Below are positions 47,616 to 57,410 of a stretch of 64,000 bases of DNA, in pieces (position 1 is the stretch's first letter; each line of letters opens with the position of its first letter). The position numbers and the translations under genes were made by a program. This stretch comes from Patescibacteria group bacterium (lineage in GTDB: Bacteria > Patescibacteriota > Minisyncoccia > UBA6257 > HR35): positions 6,683 through 70,682 of the forward strand of contig DAINRM010000003.1 in NCBI GenBank assembly GCA_036741875.1, given 5' to 3'. Under the pieces are notes generated by a model, which searched no databases, had not been told where the DNA came from, and saw only the letters and a program-made list of their open reading frames with translations.

Positions 47616-47688
47616 GCCCCCGTAGCTCAATTGGTAGAGCAACGGCCTTTTAAGCCGGTGGTTGCAGGTTCGAGTCCTGCCGGGGGCA
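47616..47688 (+). tRNA. tRNA-Lys (anticodon TTT)
   Basis: Acceptor GCCCCCG/CGGGGGC, D-arm GCTC AATTGGTA GAGC, anticodon loop CTTTTAA, T-arm GCAGG TTCGAGT CCTGC. Confidence 0.85.
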
Positions 47689-47693
47689 CAAAA

Positions 47694-48257
47694 ATGTTAA
47701 AAATCTTTAAAAGAGAGAAAGACAAAAAAGCAGAAAGTTATAGAAATGAAGGATACATTCCTGGTATTATTTATGGACCAAACCTAGAATCAACACCGAT
47801 AATAGCTCCGAAAAAGGATTTTTTAAAATTTTATGAAAATTATGAATCTGGTCTTTTTGAGGTTTATTTAGATGAAAGAAAAATTTTAGGAATTTTACAA
47901 GAAGTTCAGTTTCATCCTATCACAGATGAAATTATACATTTTGATATTTTTGTTCCTTCTCTAAAAGAAAAAATTACCACAAAAGTTCCCTTAGAATTTG
48001 TGGGTGAAGCTCCTGGTATTAGACTTGGTGGTATCGTTAATATAAGCTTAGAAGAGTTAGAAATTGAGTGTTTACCACAAGACATTCCTCGAGCTATCTA
48101 TGTTGATCTAAGTGTTTTAAAAAATATAGGAGATACTATTTATGTAAAAGATTTAAAAATACCTCATAATATAAAGGTTTTAATTAGTCCAGAAAACCCT
48201 GTAGCTACCTTAATAGAAGAAGCTAAAGTAGAAGAAGAAACAGAGGCTTCTTCATAA
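47694..48257 (+). CDS. rplY: 50S ribosomal protein L25 / general stress protein Ctc
   Basis: MLKIFKREKDKKAESYRNEGYIPGIIYGPN... is L25-like. The ORF-track start at 47574 runs through the tRNA, so the ATG at 47694 is used. Confidence 0.8.
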   Translation: MLKIFKREKDKKAESYRNEGYIPGIIYGPNLESTPIIAPKKDFLKFYENYESGLFEVYLDERKILGILQEVQFHPITDEIIHFDIFVPSLKEKITTKVPLEFVGEAPGIRLGGIVNISLEELEIECLPQDIPRAIYVDLSVLKNIGDTIYVKDLKIPHNIKVLISPENPVATLIEEAKVEEETEASS

Positions 48258-48259
48258 AA

Positions 48260-49660
48260 ATGAAAAAAATTGAAGACATAAAACCTAAAAGCTTAGCTTT
48301 TTTTAATTTTAAAAGAAAAAATAATTATTTTTATTTTTTAAATGCTAAAGATTTAAAAATCATTTTTTTAATCTTACTTTTTATAGGAATTAATTTTGCC
48401 TTTGCTCCGCTTTCATTCACCCAAATAACACAAAAAACTCTTCCTCCTGAACTTGAAGCTAAAAAGAAATCATTAGAAGCCCAGCTTCAAGAAGTTTTAA
48501 AAGAAATAGAAAATTACAAAAAAGAAATAAACAAAATAAGAAGTCAAAAAAGAAGCATACAGCAAGAAATAAACTTAGTCAATTCACAGATAAAAAAAAC
48601 AGAACTTGAAATTCAAGCAATTAATTTACAGATAAAAAATTTAAATAAAAAAATAGAAGAAACAAAAAAATCAATTAACCTTACTGAAGAAAAAATTAAA
48701 AAATCTAAAGATTATCTTTTAGTTTCATTAAGATATTACTATCAATTAAGACAAAGAAGCATTATTGAAGTATTTTTAGCCGAAGCAAGACTTTCGGATT
48801 ATTTTAGTCAATTTTATTATCTCCAAAAAGTTCAAGAAAGTATTAACAACGAATTAGACAAATTAAAAGAACTTAATGAGATTTTGAATAAACAAAAAAC
48901 TAAATTAGAAAATCAACTTGAAGAGCAAAATAATCTTTTAATGCTTTCAAAAATAAAATACCAGGAGCTTCAAGAGTTAAAAAATGAAAAAAATAAACTT
49001 TTGGCTCAGGCACAAAAACTTGAAAGAGAATATAGCAAAAAATTAGAAGAGTCAGAAAGAACTGCAACACAGATAAGACAAGAAATTTATAAATTAGCAG
49101 GAGGAGCTGGACCAATTACTTTTGGTGAGGCTTATGAATATGCAAAAATCGTAGAAAAATATACTGGCGTAAGGCCAGCTTTTCTTTTAGCTGTTTTACA
49201 TTATGAGTCAAAATTAGGACAAAATGTAGGAACTTGTCATTATAAAGAAGCCATGAAACCATCGGAAAGACCTATTTTTGAAGAGATAGTTAAAGAACTG
49301 GGTTTAGATCCTAATAAAATGCCTGTTTCTTGTAAACCTTGGTATGGTTGGGGTGGTGCTATGGGTCCTGCTCAATTTATACCCTCAACATGGATGAAAT
49401 ATAAAGAACGAATTGCTAGAATTACCGGAAATAATCCGCCTTCTCCTTGGAATATTTTAGATTCTTTTGTAGCTGCTGGACTTTATCTTAAAGATGCTGG
49501 AGCAGACGCAAGAAATTACTCTTCAGAATGGAAAGCAGCTATGATATATTTTGCTGGCTCTAATTGGAACAATCCTTCTTTAAGATTTTATGGAGATGAT
49601 GTAATGTCAATTGCTCAAAGATTTGAAGAAGATATCAGAATTTTGGAAAGAAGTAAGTAA
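48260..49660 (+). CDS. Secreted coiled-coil protein with a C-terminal MltB-like lytic transglycosylase domain
   Basis: N-terminal TM/signal, then a long heptad-rich region (about residues 60-270). C-terminal AFLLAVLHYESKLGQNVG...GWGGAMGPAQFIPSTW (compare MltB ES...GAMGQTQFMPSTW). Confidence 0.6.
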   Translation: MKKIEDIKPKSLAFFNFKRKNNYFYFLNAKDLKIIFLILLFIGINFAFAPLSFTQITQKTLPPELEAKKKSLEAQLQEVLKEIENYKKEINKIRSQKRSIQQEINLVNSQIKKTELEIQAINLQIKNLNKKIEETKKSINLTEEKIKKSKDYLLVSLRYYYQLRQRSIIEVFLAEARLSDYFSQFYYLQKVQESINNELDKLKELNEILNKQKTKLENQLEEQNNLLMLSKIKYQELQELKNEKNKLLAQAQKLEREYSKKLEESERTATQIRQEIYKLAGGAGPITFGEAYEYAKIVEKYTGVRPAFLLAVLHYESKLGQNVGTCHYKEAMKPSERPIFEEIVKELGLDPNKMPVSCKPWYGWGGAMGPAQFIPSTWMKYKERIARITGNNPPSPWNILDSFVAAGLYLKDAGADARNYSSEWKAAMIYFAGSNWNNPSLRFYGDDVMSIAQRFEEDIRILERSK

Positions 49661-51199
49661 AAAAACTAAACTTGACATTGACCAAGTTTGAATAAGAGAA
49701 CCTTCACTTTTTCTTTCTTTAGCAGAGCTAAGTTCACTTGAATAACCTAAAATTCCGTCTTTTAATAGATCAGTTAGAGAAGAATAAATTATTTTATTTA
49801 TTATCTTTTTGTATTTTTTTTCATTTAAATTTTTCAAATTCCAAGCAAAAACGTTATTTAAAAAATACCACGAATCGCCAGAATGATAACTTGATGGGTT
49901 TTCTCCTGTATGTTCATCAAAAAATCCTTTTTCTTTAAAACTCAAAGTACTTATACCTCCCCAATTCAAAAAGTACTCCTCAATAAAATTTTCAAATATC
50001 AAAGACCATTCTTTTTTACTCAAAAGCTCTGGCATAAAAAAATAAACTAAAATAAGGTTAACATCTTTTAAGTTTTTCATTTTTTCTTTTAAAAGCTTTA
50101 AATAAAAATTATATTTTTGAAAATATTCTTTTTCTTTTAAACCGAGTCTTTTAAGAACCTTAAGATAAAGCGCATATATTTCCATAGCTTCTTTTCTTTC
50201 AAGACTGTCCATCCAAGTAGCTTGTGGCGGAAGATTTAAATTATTTTCTTTTAAAAATTCTTTTTCCCAAAGTTTTAAAAACTTTTTTATTAAATTAAAA
50301 TAATATTCTATATCTTCATCAGAAAGATTGATAAAAATAAAAAGCAAGGTGTCAGCAGAAATGTTTCCATTAGGCTTATTTAGATTCCATATTTCTTCAA
50401 GATTAAAAAAATATTTATAAATAAATTTTTTCTGGTTTAAAAATTTTTTCAAAAAATATAAAGAAAGAAGTTCATCTCTAAACCAATTTTCAAAAAACCA
50501 AGGAAAACCGGCAGGTAAATAATTCTCTAAAACAAGATTATTTAAACGAGAGATAAAAAAATTTAAATAAATATTATCAGAAAAACTAAAGGGTTCTAAA
50601 AAATAGCAAGCTTTTTCTTCTAAAATCTTTATTTGTAAAAAATTAGTTTTTGTTTTTAAATCACCAAAAACCCACCATTTAAAGATAGATGAGTTTCTTT
50701 TCTTATCAAAATCCATTTCTTTTTCATACCATCTCTCTTCAAATTCTATAAAATTAGAAGATTCAATTAAAATATCAAAAATTTTTTTATTTTCAAAATA
50801 AAAACTAAAAATAAAAGTATTAGAATTCAATTTTTCAAATTTTATTTGTCTTAAAAAGGGATTAGAATTAAAAATAAAATTGCTATCAAAAGAAATAGAA
50901 ATTTCTTCAAAATTTAAAGTTCTAATTTCTAAAGAATTTTTTTCTCTTAAAGAAAAATAAATCTGATTATTATCAGTTTCTAAAAAAACTTCAAATGGAG
51001 AAACAATATTTATTTCTCTTATTTTAGAAGAAATTCTTACTTCATCAACAAATCTAAAAGGTTTTTCCTTAAAATAAAAACCACCAAAAAATCTACTTTT
51101 TTCAATAGAAAAAATAAACCAAAGATTATCTTTTTTAAGAAAAAATTTGTCAGTTAGGCTTTCTAAAGAAAGACCTATTTCTAAAAAATTAACCCTCAT
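49607..51199 (-). CDS. Glycogen debranching enzyme-like amylo-alpha-1,6-glucosidase (GDE_C-type (alpha/alpha)6 barrel)
   Basis: LPAGFPWFFENWFRDE (GyPWF..WGRD block), ISADTLLFIF, PPQATWMDS, YHSGDSWYF (YHNGxVWP block). Confidence 0.7.
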   Translation of the reverse strand: MRVNFLEIGLSLESLTDKFFLKKDNLWFIFSIEKSRFFGGFYFKEKPFRFVDEVRISSKIREINIVSPFEVFLETDNNQIYFSLREKNSLEIRTLNFEEISISFDSNFIFNSNPFLRQIKFEKLNSNTFIFSFYFENKKIFDILIESSNFIEFEERWYEKEMDFDKKRNSSIFKWWVFGDLKTKTNFLQIKILEEKACYFLEPFSFSDNIYLNFFISRLNNLVLENYLPAGFPWFFENWFRDELLSLYFLKKFLNQKKFIYKYFFNLEEIWNLNKPNGNISADTLLFIFINLSDEDIEYYFNLIKKFLKLWEKEFLKENNLNLPPQATWMDSLERKEAMEIYALYLKVLKRLGLKEKEYFQKYNFYLKLLKEKMKNLKDVNLILVYFFMPELLSKKEWSLIFENFIEEYFLNWGGISTLSFKEKGFFDEHTGENPSSYHSGDSWYFLNNVFAWNLKNLNEKKYKKIINKIIYSSLTDLLKDGILGYSSELSSAKERKSEGSLIQTWSMSSLVFLLTSFQNSDIFFKSLSN

Positions 51200-52970
51200 T
51201 TAATCGTTTAATTATCTTTTCATACATTTCAAAATAGTTTTTTACCATTTCTTCCCAATCAAAATGTGAGGCTAAAACCCTAGCTTCATACTTATTTTGT
51301 ATTCTTTCAATTCTTTTCATCTTAACTATTTCCAACATCATTTGAGCTAAATCCTCAGTAATTTCATCATTTTTTCTTCCTTTTCTTCTTAAAATCCATA
51401 TACCCGGAAAATCTCTTTTGATAAGTCTTTTTTCTTCAAGATAATTAGCAAAACCAGTTAGATCACTGGTAATTGTCATCACTCCTGCAGCCAAACTTTC
51501 TAAAGGAGTATATCCCCACGGTTCATAGTAAGAAGGGAAAACACCTAAATGGCAGCCGTTAATAGCGTCATAATAATTAAGATTTAAAAATCCATCAGTA
51601 GTATTCAAATAAATAGGATAAAGAATAATTTTTACCCTATCATCTTCTTTATTTAAAAGATCTTCTTGTTTAAAAAGTTTTATAAATTCATTATTCTCAG
51701 ACAAAATGTGTGTAGAAAGAGGCGGATCTTGAGAAGTTTTAATTTGATTTAAAATTCTTTGGATTTCTAAAATTTCTTCTGAAGAAAAAAGATCCTCTAA
51801 GGTAAGATTATAGTTTCTATGTAAGAGGGAATGTAAAATTTTTGAATTAATTTCATTTTTTATACTCTCAAAATATTCTTCTAAGCTCTTGTAAATAATA
51901 AGATTATTTAAAATTTCATGATTGACATCTTTAATTTCATCAGGCACAAAAAAGAAAAAGAAAATATTTTTATTAATATTTTCTTCTTTCATTTTTCTAT
52001 TTAAAATACTCAAGGCTCTAATAATAATATCAAAACCTTTGTTAGTAATTTCTTTTCTTCCACTAGTGAAGAAAAGAAGTGAGTTTTCTGCAGGACAATG
52101 TTTTTTAAAGTAAGGAGTAAAAAGATAAAGCAAAAATTCTAAAATAATATTTTTATTTTTACGGTGCTGATTAGAAATTTCTTCAAAGGTTGGAAAACGT
52201 GAAAGATCAAAACCGTTAGGTAAAATAAAATCAATTTTTCTCCCTAAAATAATTTCGGCCTCTTCTTTAACTACTTGGCTAATGGTAGCAAAATAATCTG
52301 CTTTTTCTGCTGATCTTTTCTCTACCATATGTTTAGCTTCAATACCGTATTCATAAGCTTTAGATAAAGGATCAATTTCTTTAAGTTTTTCCCAGATCTC
52401 AAAATTTAAAGAAGAAAGAGTTCTTCCTACTACTGTAGCGTGGGTCATAAAAATCTTGATAATAGGAAGATCTATGGAAAAAAGAAGAGCGAAACCAGAA
52501 AGCCATTCATGAAAATGAAAAATAGAATATTTAAATTCTTCCCTTTTACTCATCTCTTCAATAAAATCACTTACTGCTCTTGACCAAGCTAAAGGATAGT
52601 TATAATCGTCACCAGTTCTTAGAGAATCAATTTGAAACTTGACCCAAAGTTCATATTTCAAATAGTTAACCTGGGTTAAATATTTAGAAAAGTCTATTAA
52701 AAAAACTTTTGGTCTGCCCTCAATTAACCATTCTCCATAATAAACCATAACTCCTTTAGCATATAAATCATTAATAATAGGTTCAAAATTTTCTGGTGGT
52801 TTTAAAAAATGAAATTCTGTTTCATTTTTAGCACCTAAATATGGGCCAATTAAAAAATAAAAATCTCCATATCTCTTTTTTATATACTTAGCTTTACTTG
52901 AAAGAACCGTATAAATACCTCCTACTTTATTGGCAACTTCCCAACTAACTTCGAAAATATACCTTGACAT
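51189..52970 (-). CDS. Glycogen synthase, GT3 family (eukaryote-like)
   Basis: IFEVSWEVANKVGGIYTVLSSKAKYIKKRYGDFYFLIGPY is near-identical in pattern to the eukaryotic glycogen synthase N-terminus (FEVAWEVANKVGGIYTV...DNYFLVGPY). Further along, YYGEWLIEGRPKVFLIDF. Confidence 0.8.
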   Translation of the reverse strand: MSRYIFEVSWEVANKVGGIYTVLSSKAKYIKKRYGDFYFLIGPYLGAKNETEFHFLKPPENFEPIINDLYAKGVMVYYGEWLIEGRPKVFLIDFSKYLTQVNYLKYELWVKFQIDSLRTGDDYNYPLAWSRAVSDFIEEMSKREEFKYSIFHFHEWLSGFALLFSIDLPIIKIFMTHATVVGRTLSSLNFEIWEKLKEIDPLSKAYEYGIEAKHMVEKRSAEKADYFATISQVVKEEAEIILGRKIDFILPNGFDLSRFPTFEEISNQHRKNKNIILEFLLYLFTPYFKKHCPAENSLLFFTSGRKEITNKGFDIIIRALSILNRKMKEENINKNIFFFFFVPDEIKDVNHEILNNLIIYKSLEEYFESIKNEINSKILHSLLHRNYNLTLEDLFSSEEILEIQRILNQIKTSQDPPLSTHILSENNEFIKLFKQEDLLNKEDDRVKIILYPIYLNTTDGFLNLNYYDAINGCHLGVFPSYYEPWGYTPLESLAAGVMTITSDLTGFANYLEEKRLIKRDFPGIWILRRKGRKNDEITEDLAQMMLEIVKMKRIERIQNKYEARVLASHFDWEEMVKNYFEMYEKIIKRLNEG

Positions 52971-54138
52971 TTGATTCGTTAATTCTTAATTTTAAATCTT
53001 CTAAAACATTTCTAAAATTAAGATAAGCATCGTAAGGGGTTTCATAAGGACTAAAGTATTTATGTACATCTCCATCAGCAAACCATTTTGTACACATATA
53101 ATAAAAATGGTCAGCAGTTTGAAGATTTCTCCATATTTCTTTAAGATGAAAGGGTATTTTATTTTCTAAAGAGTAAAGAAGCTCTAAACATTCTCTTTGC
53201 ATTTCGTTCCCTAACCAAGCAGTAAGATCTCTTTCGGTATCAGCCCAAGTAATAGGCGATTTAGAAGAAAATATATCTCTTGTCGGATATTTTTTAATAA
53301 CCTCACTTGGTAAAGAAAATTCTAAATCTTTATATTTTAAAACTTCAAAAGGTAAAGTTTTTAAAAACTCAAAGATACCAGTTTCTGGCCATTGGTGTTC
53401 TCCAAAAGTTTCAAAATCCATAAAAAGATTAATCACTTCTCCATTGCCATTAAAAGCATTAAGCCAACTAGAAAATTTATCAGCGGTAAGAGGCCATTCT
53501 TCCCACCATTTTGCTGAAAATCTAAAACTAATATCATCGGAAAGTTTAAAATGTCTTAATAGAAGAACAATATTTTTACCTGGATCTTCGTATAAAAATG
53601 TTGGTGATCTCCAAGATAAAATCCAGGGAACACCTTCGGCAAGCATAGCTTGGAAACCTAAGCTTTTTACTATGGAAGCTAAATCATCAAAATATATAAG
53701 TTCAGTATTAGAAAAAATAACAGGTTCTTGATTAAAAAGGTTTTTTATTAATTTTTTATGTTTAATAACTTGTTCCTTAAATTCTTTTAAGGAATAAAGA
53801 CAAGAAAGAGAATGATAATAATTTTCTCCTGTAAATTCTACAGATCCTGTTTGTGCTAATTTTTGAAGAAGTCTTATAACTTCAGGAAAATGTTTTTTTA
53901 AGTCTTCAAGTAAAATACCTGTAATTCCTAAGGAAAATTTAAATTTACCTTTGGTTTTTTTTATAATTTCTAAAAGAGTATTTAGGGTTGGCAAATAACA
54001 TTTTTTAACTATTCTTTCTAAATAGAAAACGTTTTTTTCTTCATCAAAATAATTTTTATTTTCTCCAATATCAAAAACAGTATAATGACGAAGCCTTCTT
54101 GGTTGATGAACTTTAAAATAAAAAACTACTGCGGGCAT
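52945..54138 (-). CDS. Glycoside hydrolase family 57 protein (alpha-glucan-active)
   Basis: N-terminal FYFKVHQPRRL (GH57 HQP motif) with the expected length and layout. Confidence 0.7.
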   Translation of the reverse strand: MPAVVFYFKVHQPRRLRHYTVFDIGENKNYFDEEKNVFYLERIVKKCYLPTLNTLLEIIKKTKGKFKFSLGITGILLEDLKKHFPEVIRLLQKLAQTGSVEFTGENYYHSLSCLYSLKEFKEQVIKHKKLIKNLFNQEPVIFSNTELIYFDDLASIVKSLGFQAMLAEGVPWILSWRSPTFLYEDPGKNIVLLLRHFKLSDDISFRFSAKWWEEWPLTADKFSSWLNAFNGNGEVINLFMDFETFGEHQWPETGIFEFLKTLPFEVLKYKDLEFSLPSEVIKKYPTRDIFSSKSPITWADTERDLTAWLGNEMQRECLELLYSLENKIPFHLKEIWRNLQTADHFYYMCTKWFADGDVHKYFSPYETPYDAYLNFRNVLEDLKLRINESNVKVYFRS

Positions 54139-55287
54139 TTATTTAATTAAAATTTTATTATAAAAATTAAGAAGTTCTTCGGCTGATTTTTTCCAATCGA
54201 ATTTTGTTTTTGCTTCATAAAAAAGATTTTTGGTATATTCTTTTCTTAAACTTTCATATTTTAAAATACCAACAATTTTATTAGCCATTTCTTTAACGTC
54301 CCAAAAATTAAATTTCATCATATGATTCAGATAATAACCAACGCCTGTTTGGTAAGAAACAATTACGGGTAAATAAAAATTAATTCCTTCTAAGGGAACC
54401 AAACCAAACGGATCTGCTACGGAAGGAACTACTAAAAGATCTGCTAAACTATAAACTCCCCAAAGATCTTTATCTCTTAAAAAATTGGTAAAAAGAACAT
54501 TTTCTTCGAGATGATAATTTTTTGCTATTCTTACTAAATCAAGGAACATTTCTCCTGAACCAACAATAACATATTTGACTTTAGGAATAAATTTTTTAAC
54601 CAAAGGTAGGGTGTGAAGAAAATAATCGGGTCCTTTTTGGAGTACAAGTCTACCAACAAAAAGAACAATTTTCCATTTATTTTCTTTCAAGTATCTGATG
54701 TAGAAAGGAAAGTTTTTTTCTTTATCTTCCCAATCAAATCCGTTTGGCAAAACAAAAACTTTTTCTTTAGGAATTTCATAAATGTTAATTAAAACATTTT
54801 TAGTAAATTCTCCCACTGCTAAAAGGTAGTCAGTTTTTTTAAAATATTCCTTTTCTATTTTAAAGATAATAGGATTGGGATTATTGCCCGTTCTTTCTAT
54901 TTCGGTAGAGTGTACATGAATTATAGCGGGAACATTAAAATAATCTCTCAAGAAAATAGTTGCTGGAGCGGAAAACCAATCATGACCGTGGACTAAATCT
55001 GGTTTTTCATTGTAAACAGCTAAAATTCTTTTTCCATAAGAAAAAACAAGCGAAAGGATCTCTTTGTTTAAAGGAAGTATAAATTTTTCATAATATCCTT
55101 TAGTTTTAAAATATTTTTCTGAAGCAAAGATAACCTTAAAAGGAAGATGGCTTAAAGGAAGTTTAAATGGAAGAGAAAAGGTAAGATCAATTTTTTTTGA
55201 AAGCTCTTTAGCTAAATAAAAACAGGCAACTCCTAAACCTCCGCTATTGAAAGGCGGAAGCTCCCAACCTATCATTAAAACTTTCAT
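54139..55287 (-). CDS. Glycosyltransferase, GT4/GT5 superfamily (bacterial/archaeal glycogen synthase-like)
   Basis: MKVLMIGWELPPFNSGGLGVACFYLAKEL matches the GlgA-type E..PfaKtGGLgDV N-terminal motif. GT-B fold layout. Confidence 0.65.
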   Translation of the reverse strand: MKVLMIGWELPPFNSGGLGVACFYLAKELSKKIDLTFSLPFKLPLSHLPFKVIFASEKYFKTKGYYEKFILPLNKEILSLVFSYGKRILAVYNEKPDLVHGHDWFSAPATIFLRDYFNVPAIIHVHSTEIERTGNNPNPIIFKIEKEYFKKTDYLLAVGEFTKNVLINIYEIPKEKVFVLPNGFDWEDKEKNFPFYIRYLKENKWKIVLFVGRLVLQKGPDYFLHTLPLVKKFIPKVKYVIVGSGEMFLDLVRIAKNYHLEENVLFTNFLRDKDLWGVYSLADLLVVPSVADPFGLVPLEGINFYLPVIVSYQTGVGYYLNHMMKFNFWDVKEMANKIVGILKYESLRKEYTKNLFYEAKTKFDWKKSAEELLNFYNKILIK

Positions 55288-55331
55288 TAATTACCATTTT
55301 ATTAGAAAAAAGATTAATTTTTTTTTAAAGT

Positions 55332-56210
55332 TTATGTGGATAAAAAGCTTTTTGTTTTTTCTTCTGCTTCTTTCTCGCTTTCAACCCAAACGATTTCCTT
55401 TATTTTTTTAAGTTCTCTTATTTGTTTTTTAGCAAACCTTTTTGTTTCTAAAAGACAGCCTCTCTTAGCTTCTTCAAGATCTATTTCACCTAAAACGAAT
55501 TTTCCAAACCAATCATATTCTAAACCAAAAGAAATAATTCTTTTAAAAGAAAGACCAATTTTTCTTAATTTTTTTATTTCTTCAATAATAAAGGGTATTC
55601 TTTTTTTAAGTCTTTCTTCTATTCTCCTTTCTAATTCTTCCCACGGAATTAAGATACTTAAAATAAGAAAATTAAGTTTTGGATCTTTTTTAATGGGTTC
55701 AATTTTATCTATTTTTAATATTATTTCAAGTCTTCTAATTAATCTTCTTTTGTTATTTAAATCAAGATTTTCTAGGGCTAAAGGGTTAATTTTTTTTATT
55801 TTTTCTATGAGTTCTTCATTGCTTAATTTTTCTAATTCTCTTCTCAATTTATAATCAGGTTTTACTGGAGGAAGAAGCCATCCTTCTTTTAAAGCTTTAA
55901 GATATAAAATAGTGCCTCCGCAAAAAATAGGTACTTTATCATTTTTTGTAATTTTATTTACCGCCTTATAAGCATCTTTAAGCCATCTAGCTAAAGAATA
56001 ATTTTTTCTGGGAGAGGCTACAGAAAGAAGATGGTGTTTTATTCCCTTCATTTCTTCTTTGGTAATTTTACCGCTGCCCCAATCTAAAAATTTATAAACC
56101 TGGCGGGAGTCAGCATTTATAACTTCACCATTAAATTTTTTTGCTAAATAAACAGCTAAATCAGACTTTCCTGAAGAAGTAGGGCCGGTAATAAAGATAG
56201 CTTTTTTCAT
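55332..56210 (-). CDS. miaA: tRNA dimethylallyltransferase
   Basis: AIFITGPTSSGKSDLAVYLAKKFNGEVINADSRQVYKFLDWGSGK is a MiaA P-loop plus the ADSxQVY motif. Confidence 0.85.
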   Translation of the reverse strand: MKKAIFITGPTSSGKSDLAVYLAKKFNGEVINADSRQVYKFLDWGSGKITKEEMKGIKHHLLSVASPRKNYSLARWLKDAYKAVNKITKNDKVPIFCGGTILYLKALKEGWLLPPVKPDYKLRRELEKLSNEELIEKIKKINPLALENLDLNNKRRLIRRLEIILKIDKIEPIKKDPKLNFLILSILIPWEELERRIEERLKKRIPFIIEEIKKLRKIGLSFKRIISFGLEYDWFGKFVLGEIDLEEAKRGCLLETKRFAKKQIRELKKIKEIVWVESEKEAEEKTKSFLST

Positions 56211-57262
56211 TTTCTTTTCTCCTCAAAAGAATTTAAAATACCTAAAAGCCATAAGTCGAAAATTAAATGTGAGCCACCATAGGAAAGAAAAGGTAAAGGA
56301 AGTCCAATAATAGGAAACATACCAAAATTTATAATGGTTGTTAAAATGAATTTGGCTAAGAAATAAATAATAACTAAATAAGTAAAGTTCTTAATGTTTA
56401 TATCGTTAGAAAAAAAATAAGTTTTATAAATTTCTCTTATTAAAAGAAAAATTAAGAAAAGGTAAATAAGAAAACCGAAATAACCTCTTTCCTCGATAAT
56501 AAAAGTCAAGATAAAATCAGTACTCGCTGAAGGCAAATATCCATATTTACCAATTTCTGAACTTCCTACACCTAAACCAAAAAAGTTGGTTACTCCTAAA
56601 ATAATTCTTATTTGTCTTAAATTATATTCTGTTTTTAAGGGATCTTTTCCAGAAAAAATAAAAGAAATAATTCTTTCTTTTTGATATTCTTTAAAAACAA
56701 AAAAGTAAAGAAAGAGAAAAGTAATTAAAAAAGAAATTAAAATAAAAGCCAATGTTTTTTTAGGAAGGAAAAATAAAATTGAAAAAAACCAAATAAGAAA
56801 GTAAAGAAAAACCATTCCCATATCAGGTTGAAGATAAATTAAAAAAAGATAAGGCAAAAGTAAGGAAAAGGAAAGGAAAAGATAAATGATGTTTTTTAAT
56901 TTTGAAAGATAATAAGAAAGAAAATTAGATAAAATAAGAAAGAAAGAAATTTTAGCAAATTCAGATGGTTGAAAATTAAAAGGTCCTAAATTAAACCAAC
57001 TTTTGATATGACCTGGAGTAAAGAGAACTAAAATTAAAAGAAAAAAACTAATAGTTAAGATAAAATAAAAGTAAAATTTTTCAAAAATTATTTTGTAATC
57101 AATAATCTTAAAAGAAAAAAATAAAAGAGAGCCTATAAGCCAAAAAAATATTTGTTTAAGGAAAAGATCAAACTTACCTAAAGAAAAAAGAGCTGTTAAA
57201 GAAATTATCATAAAATTTAGTAAAATAAGAGTAATGATAAGAAGTCTATTTTTTTCGATCAT
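56207..57262 (-). CDS. FtsW/RodA/SpoVE-family peptidoglycan glycosyltransferase (SEDS)
   Basis: 351 aa polytopic protein. The C-terminal block FPIIGLPLPFLSYGGSHLI is the SEDS signature. Confidence 0.8.
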   Translation of the reverse strand: MIEKNRLLIITLILLNFMIISLTALFSLGKFDLFLKQIFFWLIGSLLFFSFKIIDYKIIFEKFYFYFILTISFFLLILVLFTPGHIKSWFNLGPFNFQPSEFAKISFFLILSNFLSYYLSKLKNIIYLFLSFSLLLPYLFLIYLQPDMGMVFLYFLIWFFSILFFLPKKTLAFILISFLITFLFLYFFVFKEYQKERIISFIFSGKDPLKTEYNLRQIRIILGVTNFFGLGVGSSEIGKYGYLPSASTDFILTFIIEERGYFGFLIYLFLIFLLIREIYKTYFFSNDINIKNFTYLVIIYFLAKFILTTIINFGMFPIIGLPLPFLSYGGSHLIFDLWLLGILNSFEEKRK

Positions 57263-57410
57263 GGAAATTTTTAAAAATTTTTTTCAAAACAAAAAAGTTC
57301 AGCTTTTTATTTTTATAATTCTTATCTCTTTTTTGAGTTTTGGGATGGGATTTATGGTAGGAAGCAAATTTTATGAACCTAATCCTATTATAATTGAAAA
57401 AAATGAATAA
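57261..57410 (+). CDS. Possible small membrane protein (49 aa), absent from the ORF track
   Basis: ATG 57261 through TAA 57408-57410 gives MEIFKNFFQNKKVQLFIFIILISFLSFGMGFMVGSKFYEPNPIIIEKNE. Lies in an otherwise gene-free 260-nt gap. Confidence 0.2.
   Translation: MEIFKNFFQNKKVQLFIFIILISFLSFGMGFMVGSKFYEPNPIIIEKNE

Noticed and set aside
47574-47693. N-terminal 40 codons of the ORF-track 227-aa ORF (MTAPLCPAFRGRAKAPVAQLVEQRPFKPVVAGSSPAGGT)
   Set aside because: This stretch is a translation through the GC hairpin and tRNA-Lys. The real rplY starts at the ATG at 47694.
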